Virus record (IMG/VR): IMGVR_UViG_3300010334_000030
Location: 1-64,000 of that record
Reading direction: 5' to 3' (one strand)
Source of the DNA: a virus
Length of the DNA: 64,000 bases
The translations under genes and the position numbers were made by a program. The notes under the pieces were generated by a model. That model did not search any database, had not been told where the DNA came from, and saw only the letters and a list, made by a program, of their open reading frames with translations. Below are positions 59,272 to 64,000 of this stretch, one piece after another. Every line of letters begins with the position of its first letter. Within the stretch, counting starts at the first letter, position 1.

Positions 59272-59317
59272 ATTTATCTCTTTTTTGTTTATTGTCTATT
59301 TTTTATTCTTATTCCCA

Positions 59318-61105
59318 TTATTCTACAAAAAGCTGATTGCCCAATATTGCAAAACCAGCAGATCCGGTAGATAATTTATAAAGAACTCTTTTTCCCTGGC
59401 TTAATCCTGGAATGTCCACATAAGTAATATCAACATAATGAGCACCATAAGAACCTGCTACACCTATACGAGAAGGAAAAGATAAACGATATATCCCAGC
59501 GGAAGATTGCCACATAAGTCCTCTAAATCTTCCGATCGAATATGTATTTCTTTGAGTATTATAGTAAGTGTAATAAGGGTTGTTAGCGTCAAATATAATA
59601 CGATAAGTTTTATTCGATTCGAATCCACCGTAAGAGAATATCTCAGACCCTGGTATTTTTATATAGGGGTTTGAAACCGCACCAAATACCAAACGCTGAC
59701 TAAGTACTATAATATCATTACCGAGCCAATAATTTGGATTGGAAAGGTCAAGTCCATAATATACATATTGGGCAGTTGCTTTGCTATAATAATCAATGGT
59801 TCCCAGATAGCTAAGGGGAGAAAATTGATAAACCCTTGAAACCTTTTTAACATGATAAAAATAAGGTCCGCCGGTTCCCCCGGTAGCACTGGGGTTTATA
59901 GCACCAAATTTCGTTTGGGAAACAAAAGGCTTGTTTATGATCTCTGCATTTGAATAGACCTCATATTTTCTGGGGCTAGAAGAAAAAATAGTATAAGCGG
60001 TAGCCCCACCTGTAAATTTCTGTGAGACATTTAGTGCATAATTATTTTTACTAGCATCAATTAAAACAGTTGGATATGTTCCTGAAGTAACTGTAGAGCT
60101 AGGTAAACTTGTTGTTGGGGTTTTAGAAATATTCATAATATAAGACCCAACCCCTGGGGTACCCCCCGTGCTGCTTATATCTACCCAAGAGGATTCTGCG
60201 GATGAAGCAGAAAGACTGAAATATGAGGAGCTGATTGAAATCAAATTGGAATTCACTACAAAATTTGAACCTGATCCAACTGTGGTGTTTGAATATAAAG
60301 AAAAATCTCCAGTCCCGCTAAAATAAATTCCCCCGGTAGGGCTTAACTGAGAAAATGACATAGAATTTCCAGAAAAGCTTAGGGATGGACTGGCTAAAAG
60401 ACTCGGACTCCCAGTAGGACCTAGAGCAAATAAATTAGCTGAAAAGAGAGAGTTTATTGAAAGGTCTGAATCTGTTTTAAAAGTTAAAGAGTAAGATCCT
60501 GGGGAGGTCCAATAAAAAGAAGGTCCACCTGACACCACTCTATTCGACTTAATAAAAGATAATATAGGTTTACTAGATTGATCTAAAGTTGAAATGACTA
60601 ATTTGCTTCTGTTTGGATTAGAGTCTAATAAAGAAACATCTTTGTCACTAAAAACCAAACTTGTCTCGCTCTCTATTAATTTACCAGAATTGCTTAAACC
60701 TATAGCATATTTATCAAAAAAACGACCAGGTCCAAGTACACCATCGTACGTTTTAAAATAAGGAGAAAATAAAACAGAGTATCCAGTAGGATTCCAGGCT
60801 CCGGTAGCACTTAAAGAATTAACCGCTCCATATAAAGTTGAGGTGTCTATCCATAGATCCCCAGGATTTATTAAATTGGAATCCGGTTGTAAATTTTGTC
60901 TAAACCAAAGAGATCCTCTTGGACCGGAAATTCCGGCCGCCCCTTTCTTACCGGAAGGCCCAATTTGTCCGGTTGATCCTTTGGGTCCAAAATGTCCGTC
61001 CACACCACAAGCAAAAGATATAATCTGACCAAAATTATAATTGGTCTTTCTGACAATCTCATCCTCTGAATCCCCCTGAAAAATATATTTTGTATTAAAG
61101 TGCAT
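59318..61105 (-). CDS. tail fibre or baseplate-attached protein, paralogue of 61113..62882
   Basis: Shared N-terminus GDS...KxNYNF...SF, short collagen stretch, GDLW and SKxVIST. Confidence 0.7.
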   Translation of the reverse strand: MHFNTKYIFQGDSEDEIVRKTNYNFGQIISFACGVDGHFGPKGSTGQIGPSGKKGAAGISGPRGSLWFRQNLQPDSNLINPGDLWIDTSTLYGAVNSLSATGAWNPTGYSVLFSPYFKTYDGVLGPGRFFDKYAIGLSNSGKLIESETSLVFSDKDVSLLDSNPNRSKLVISTLDQSSKPILSFIKSNRVVSGGPSFYWTSPGSYSLTFKTDSDLSINSLFSANLFALGPTGSPSLLASPSLSFSGNSMSFSQLSPTGGIYFSGTGDFSLYSNTTVGSGSNFVVNSNLISISSSYFSLSASSAESSWVDISSTGGTPGVGSYIMNISKTPTTSLPSSTVTSGTYPTVLIDASKNNYALNVSQKFTGGATAYTIFSSSPRKYEVYSNAEIINKPFVSQTKFGAINPSATGGTGGPYFYHVKKVSRVYQFSPLSYLGTIDYYSKATAQYVYYGLDLSNPNYWLGNDIIVLSQRLVFGAVSNPYIKIPGSEIFSYGGFESNKTYRIIFDANNPYYTYYNTQRNTYSIGRFRGLMWQSSAGIYRLSFPSRIGVAGSYGAHYVDITYVDIPGLSQGKRVLYKLSTGSAGFAILGNQLFVE

Positions 61106-61112
61106 ATCTATT

Positions 61113-62882
61113 TTAAATATAAGTTATTGTTCCATTCTTACACAAAACACCCGAAACGCTATATTCTGAACTTCCAGTAGCCGAAGAAAGACCACCGTAA
61201 GCTGAATAGTAGACTTTAAACCATCTATCAGTTTGCGATCTAGCAACTCCATTTGATAAATTAAGTATTGTGAATTCTATATTTGTTGCACCAGGAGCTC
61301 CTGTTGCAGAAAGCATATGAACTTGATAATTTCCATATGTATCAGCAGGACCAGTAGGTCCAGCTCCATCAGGCGCTCCGGTTAATCCAGTATTTGTATT
61401 TAACCCAACGAATCTAAAATATCTTCCTGGAGTTTTCATTCTAACGGTAAAAGTTATCGATTCCAGATCATTTAAAAGATTAAGCCATCCTCCATTTGAT
61501 ACAGAGTCCATAGAATTTGAAGAATATGCTGGTGTCCATAAAGATATCCCAAGATTGACATTAGGTCCATAGTTAGCAGGATCCACTATAAAATCAGTAC
61601 CAGAGCTACAGAAAAGACAGCTTTCAAAAGGTCCAGTTCCTCCACTAGCTACCGAAGGAACAACATTAAGCCAATATACAGTACTTTTTGGCAGACTCGG
61701 ACTCCCACCAGTTCCAGGTAACTCCACTGAGGATGTTCCCCCGTTATTAACCCATACTGGATTTTGGATTGCATTAAATTTTCTTAAAGCGTAAAGATCA
61801 CCATTTGAATATAATTTTAAAACGTCATTTCCGTAATAGGTGTCCCTTATATGGAGAAGAGTAGAATTTCTGCTTGGAGCCAGAGAATTATTAACTATTA
61901 AATTTGAAGTGTTTCCTGAACTACTTATTCTAAAAGCTTTAGAGTCTCTAGAGTTATCGTATAAATTATTATAAAGAAATGCTCCTGAATAGTTTAATAT
62001 ATTAGATGATGATGCGTATAGATTAGAAGATGATAATTTTAAAACTCCACCAGAAAGCGAAAGGCTAAAATAAGATCCAGAATTAAACACAATAGGTGAA
62101 TTTGAAGACGTGTTTATAGAGATTCCATTTGAATACGAATAAAAATTGGAAGAGGAATTTATGTTAAATGATTTTTTACTATTAACTAGAAATCCTTCAG
62201 GAGAATTTAAGATCAATCCATAATTTCCACTAGTAGCAGGGGTTCCAGTTTCCCATGTTTCCTTACCTGTTGTTGGTCCAACCACCCAATAAAAAGATGG
62301 TGATTTAGAAAATGCTAATGAGTCGGAATCTGATTTAGAGAATTCTAAAATTTTTCTTTGAGCTATCAGACTATTCGTAGAGATAACAACCTTACTGGAC
62401 TGCGGGTTAAAAGCATTTAGACTGTTTCCAGCAAGAGAAAAAGAGGAGTCCGATAATACAAGAGTATAGTTTAATGGATTTACTGAAGAATTGAAATACC
62501 CAGAATTAGAAAATCCGGATACTATCGGAGTATAGATTCTAAAAACATCTTGTGCTCTTAGATTTAGATCGTATAAATTCCAGGAAGAACTCTCATATTT
62601 ATAGACAGTATTATAATTTCCTGTATTTAACCACAGATCCCCCTGGATTGGACTGGTAGGATTGTTGGCTCCAACAAACCAGGTTTGACCTCTTACACCC
62701 GGATCTCCATAAGACCCAGTTGGTCCAATACCACCTTGATCCCCCTGAGTCCCCGCTTTTCCAGTTTTTCCATAAGGTCCTCCTCCAAAAGAAACGATAC
62801 TAGAAAAATTATAATTTACCTTATCTATTAGAGTTTTTTGAGAATCGCCTCTATCTATTTTTAATATCTTTAGATCTGACAT
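61113..62882 (-). CDS. tail fibre or baseplate-attached protein
   Basis: Same N-terminal module as 59318..61105; GATATATA upstream. Confidence 0.7.
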   Translation of the reverse strand: MSDLKILKIDRGDSQKTLIDKVNYNFSSIVSFGGGPYGKTGKAGTQGDQGGIGPTGSYGDPGVRGQTWFVGANNPTSPIQGDLWLNTGNYNTVYKYESSSWNLYDLNLRAQDVFRIYTPIVSGFSNSGYFNSSVNPLNYTLVLSDSSFSLAGNSLNAFNPQSSKVVISTNSLIAQRKILEFSKSDSDSLAFSKSPSFYWVVGPTTGKETWETGTPATSGNYGLILNSPEGFLVNSKKSFNINSSSNFYSYSNGISINTSSNSPIVFNSGSYFSLSLSGGVLKLSSSNLYASSSNILNYSGAFLYNNLYDNSRDSKAFRISSSGNTSNLIVNNSLAPSRNSTLLHIRDTYYGNDVLKLYSNGDLYALRKFNAIQNPVWVNNGGTSSVELPGTGGSPSLPKSTVYWLNVVPSVASGGTGPFESCLFCSSGTDFIVDPANYGPNVNLGISLWTPAYSSNSMDSVSNGGWLNLLNDLESITFTVRMKTPGRYFRFVGLNTNTGLTGAPDGAGPTGPADTYGNYQVHMLSATGAPGATNIEFTILNLSNGVARSQTDRWFKVYYSAYGGLSSATGSSEYSVSGVLCKNGTITYI

Positions 62883-62903
62883 TTAGGTTTAATGGTTTAC
62901 TGT

Positions 62904-64000
62904 TTAATATATATCAGGTATAGTAAAAAAGCCTCCTGATCCTCCTGTATTTACTGTGCTAGTTGTTCCTGGGGTTATTCCAGTACTATAAGCTCTCCAA
63001 TAAACACCAATTCCCCCTGTAAATCCCCCTCCCGTAGCTGGCCTATAAATGGTAAAATCCATTGCTTGAGCTTTGAATGGGAGATTAACTACTCTATTGA
63101 CAGTTCCTGATGTCCCTCCATATCCGATATAGCCAAACCCATTATAGTTTGAAGTGTCAGAAAAGCTGGAAGGGCTGGAAGGGTAGCCATACCCTGAATA
63201 AGTATCAGATACACAATATGCAGTAAAGCTAACAGATTCCCCGGAGAGAAGGAAATTTCTGCTAGCAGTAGGCCCTGTTGACGAATATGTGTCATTCCAT
63301 CCTCCTGATCCTGAATAAAATCCAATCCCAACATAAGATCCTTTAGCTCCTCCTAAATTTGGAAAATTCGGAGTAAAAACTAAAGTATTCCCGCTAGTAA
63401 CCGGAACTACACCTAGAATCCCATTCTGCTGTGTGATTGTGAGTGTTTCCGTATATGGCTGAGATAATAAATACCACGAAACAACTTCATTTGTTCCCGT
63501 TGGACCACTGGCAGATGCTGTTATTCCTGAGAGATTTCCTGGAAAAATTATAGGCGAATATGAAGCACCAGTCAAAAGTTTGCCTCTAGAATCAAGATAT
63601 GATTTGTTTACATTTTGAGATTTGAAAGAAAAAGCATAGTTCTGGAGGGAAGATGCTGACAATGAATCATTTTCTCTCTCTACAGAAAGAAGTGATCCAG
63701 GTAATCCATTTATTCTTAGTACAGGAATTTCAGAAACAGAATTAGGGTAATTGAGATTAAAAGAATTCCTAATTTGAAGTGAGCTTCCATAATTAGGTCC
63801 ACTGTAGTATCCCTTATTGTAAGTCAAAAATTTAGAATCGATGACGAAGTTAGACGAATTTATCTGTATACCTCCAGTGGCATAGATCCCATTAAATCCG
63901 GAAGTTCCAGTAACCCCGACTCCATAATTAATAAACATGCTTCTTCCTGAGGATAAAGTAGAGGAATCAAAAGAGAAAGAAATTCCACCAGAAGCTCCAA
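62904..64000 (-). CDS. fibre-like protein, probably truncated at the window edge
   Basis: S/T/G-rich; C-terminal FTI...VYWRAY resembles FTI...VYYSAY of 61113..62882; true start probably lies beyond 64000. Confidence 0.6.
   Translation of the reverse strand, partial: GASGGISFSFDSSTLSSGRSMFINYGVGVTGTSGFNGIYATGGIQINSSNFVIDSKFLTYNKGYYSGPNYGSSLQIRNSFNLNYPNSVSEIPVLRINGLPGSLLSVERENDSLSASSLQNYAFSFKSQNVNKSYLDSRGKLLTGASYSPIIFPGNLSGITASASGPTGTNEVVSWYLLSQPYTETLTITQQNGILGVVPVTSGNTLVFTPNFPNLGGAKGSYVGIGFYSGSGGWNDTYSSTGPTASRNFLLSGESVSFTAYCVSDTYSGYGYPSSPSSFSDTSNYNGFGYIGYGGTSGTVNRVVNLPFKAQAMDFTIYRPATGGGFTGGIGVYWRAYSTGITPGTTSTVNTGGSGGFFTIPDIY

Overview
A 64 kb slice of a large T4-like (jumbo) tailed-phage genome, almost entirely on the minus strand and read in standard code 11. 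The host is most likely Bacteroidota (TAnnTTTG-type promoters, A-rich leaders without Shine-Dalgarno, DUF4494, Hc1-like protein, short-LID Adk). From left to right: DnaJ, UvsE and a GyrB-like topoisomerase subunit; an AT-rich array of small mosaic genes joined by an identical 17-bp stop/start junction; a kinase-phosphoesterase-RNA ligase-AEP cluster; a GT2-TPR glycosyltransferase; adk, nrdA, nrdB, dUTPase and the N-terminal half of a split family-B DNA polymerase; a divergent block with an M28 peptidase and an anticodon-less AsnRS/AspRS paralogue behind a leader and terminator; an MBD4-like glycosylase and DnaK; about 14 kb of fibre genes with G-X-T collagen repeats; a ligase/HIGH-nucleotidyltransferase fusion next to a pol-beta NTase; uvsW, a homing endonuclease, uvsY, primase, gp32 and a RuvC-like nuclease; then tail/baseplate, spanin-like and fibre genes. 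The most notable signals are (i) about 12 unrelated proteins, several of them nucleotide-handling enzymes, sharing an N-terminus like the T4 capsid-targeting sequence, many directly behind a GATATATA motif, which suggests a virion-packaged enzyme cargo; (ii) the junction-defined cassette array; and (iii) three recurring promoter architectures plus a sigma54-like dnaK promoter. All calls come from motif recognition by eye; no database searches were run.
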